64,000 nt of DNA, taken from Octopus bimaculoides. Its lineage: Eukaryota. How positions within the stretch are numbered: position 1 is the first letter of the stretch; every line of letters begins with the position of its first letter. Location of the stretch: positions 159,355,077-159,419,076 of the forward strand of contig NC_068981.1 in NCBI RefSeq assembly GCF_001194135.2. Reading direction: 5' to 3'. The notes beneath the pieces were generated by a model. The model ran no database searches, had not been told where the DNA came from, and was given only the letters and a program-made list of their open reading frames with translations. A program made the translations under genes and the position numbers. Positions 62,100 to 64,000 of this stretch are shown here, piece by piece.

Positions 62100-63400
62100 A
62101 TTCCTAATTGTTGTTGTTGTTGTTATTATTATTATTATTATTATTCGGGGTCGATAAAATAAAGTAATTACTGAGTCGATGTAATCGGCTACCCCAAAAT
62201 TGCTGGCCTCGTGGAAAATTATTATTGGTTTATATATCGTTGTGATTTAATCCTCAATGTCTTGGGTCCTTGTGGCGAGAAAAGAAATGTCCGCCTCATC
62301 ATCATCATCATCATCACCATCATCCTCATGATTATTTTGTGAAATCAAATAATGGGATGAAGGGAACTACTTTGGAGATATAGGACATACAATAGATATT
62401 ATATAGGTAGATAACTTGTTGATCGAAATTAAAAGGAGAGAGTAAAAGATAGAGATTCATAAAGAGAATGAAATGAAAGGCTAATAACAGGATATCTTCA
62501 AATAAAATATATAGCGAAAGTAAGGAGTGAGAGAATAAATTGATTATAGAATAAAGAAAATACAGAAAGGTATGAGAAGAAAAGACAAGAAGAAAATAGC
62601 ATACAGAAGGAGAAAAGGAATCGGAGGAGAAAAGAAATACAGACGAAATAGAAATTTTACCTGAAGAAAATAGAATAATCCAGGGTGAATCGGGTGGACT
62701 TAATATAGGGTAAGGGAGAGAATATAAGAGAAAGGAGATTCTTATAATAAAGGGAGAAAAAGAGGCAGCAGGTAGAGTCTGAGAAAAAAAAAAAGAGACA
62801 AAGAGAGAAGGGAATATGGATACCCACCCGAAAATTAAGATTATGTAATTTAAGCAGCAGCACTGCCAAATCCCATTGAATATAAAAATAAACAACCTCT
62901 CGTTACAGTTGTCAGTTGACAATCAGAGGAGGGCAAGTGAAAAGGCTTCGCCAAAAAAAGTTATCTAAATGTTAGTTGATTGATTACAGTAACACACACA
63001 CACATATATTATATAATATTATGCTATATTATATTACATTATATTCATCTGTCACTGAATTTCTCTAACAGGGTAGGTTCACAAATGAAAGAGATGAATG
63101 AATGAAACTGATAATATTAAGTTCTCGTTGAACTGAGCGACAAATCGACTTTCGATCGCTTGTTGGAATTAACCCTCACGTTATCTAACGCTGTTTGGGA
63201 AATTTTTTAACATCACGTCGCTCTAAGTTACTTTAACTAGATGAGAGCATTTATTAGGTTTTAAACTACATTTGTATATTTTCTTCGTCTGAGTTCACAT
63301 TTGGATGCTTTACTTTTTTGTGTTCTGTCCCATTGGCAAGAGTGGCATCTATATAAATAACCATTTGCAAAATGAATGAGATGTACTTGTTCCTAAGAAA
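62100..63400. promoter_or_regulatory. Possible promoter/first-exon region, perhaps of the zinc-finger gene
   Basis: Non-repeat CpGs reappear (e.g. 63125-63225 gagcgacaaatcgactttcgatcgc...cacgtcgc) after about 40 kb of CpG-poor unique DNA. There is a long minus-strand pyrimidine tract at 62340-62830, and ATTGG/TATATAAAT at about 63332-63358. Circumstantial only. Confidence 0.3.
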
Positions 63401-64000
63401 GAAATTATTTCGATCATCATCACCAACAAGCTTATTACTACAATTTGATATTAACCACTACAACAAATGATGATATACTTTATATAAATAATAAAAAATT
63501 GGAATTAATTGCTACAAAATGATTTAATTCAAACTAGAAAGAGGATGGAGTATAAATTAAATTGAACTGTTTTAATACGCCTTATGATAATAAAGAGAAA
63601 AAATAATTTCAAATCCTGGAAAACAAATAAACGGAACAGATAAGAGTCGCTAAAGTCACAAACAATTAGGTCAACAAACTTTGTTCATCCATACATTGTT
63701 CATTTTCAAGTAGAGTGTAACAATATCAGAGCAGACGTGTTAATTGAAAAAGCAGGTTACATAAGAGCGGGAAATGAGTAGAGCGGTAATAATTTTATTT
63801 CACACATTGTCATATGGTATAAGGCCGGGTCAGACACAATGTAGTTAGTTAATTACACGTAAATATGATGGAATATGTTAGGATATTTTTATATTAAAAA
63901 CTAAAACTAAAGGCGTGAATAAAATTTAACAATCGTTGAAACAAACTTGGAATTATATATGAAACAAGTTTAATTTTGCTGGTATCGATAAAAATAAGTA

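Noticed and set aside
62332-62922. 196-aa hydrophobic ORF resembling a membrane protein
   Set aside because: It is the antisense reading of an A/G-rich tract (F/L/S/I bias from pyrimidine codons), starts at a non-ATG codon and has no recognisable domain.

Overview
Eukaryotic, AT-rich, repeat-dense draft genomic DNA with about 10 N-gaps, most beside microsatellites. The SINE and MITE content matches what I recognise from Octopus (coleoid cephalopod); the species cannot be fixed from sequence alone. The only clearly intact protein-coding unit is one large minus-strand exon (18662-21289). It encodes about 848 aa of a protein with four widely spaced C2H2-type zinc fingers and Q/S/N-rich linkers. 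It appears to be the first coding exon, so most of 21.3-62 kb is probably 5'-UTR intron, with a possible promoter near 62-63.4 kb. A separate CpG-rich promoter-like island with three CACGTG E-boxes and a TATA box lies at 5.4-6.5 kb. The rest is transposon material: three dead mariners, a decayed Helitron Rep, three R4/Dong-like LINE ends on (AAT)n, a Penelope-like end with a degenerate hammerhead motif, several MITEs and dozens of tRNA-derived SINEs. I label the SINE families A-D and I for convenience. The most unusual signals are: (1) a 904-bp long-TIR element with an 8-bp TSD carrying degenerate telomeric (TTAGGG)n; (2) an exact 86-bp inverted copy of part of that element's left arm inserted into another MITE 1.5 kb away at a microhomology; (3) a 240-bp hairpin insertion with a 10-bp TSD; (4) repeated nesting of elements in the SINE-A internal microsatellite; (5) inverted SINE pairs that would form intronic dsRNA; (6) a diverged tandem pair with a codon-like substitution pattern. 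I found no convincing new multi-gene system. Nearly all short ORFs in the track are microsatellite, gap or SINE artefacts.
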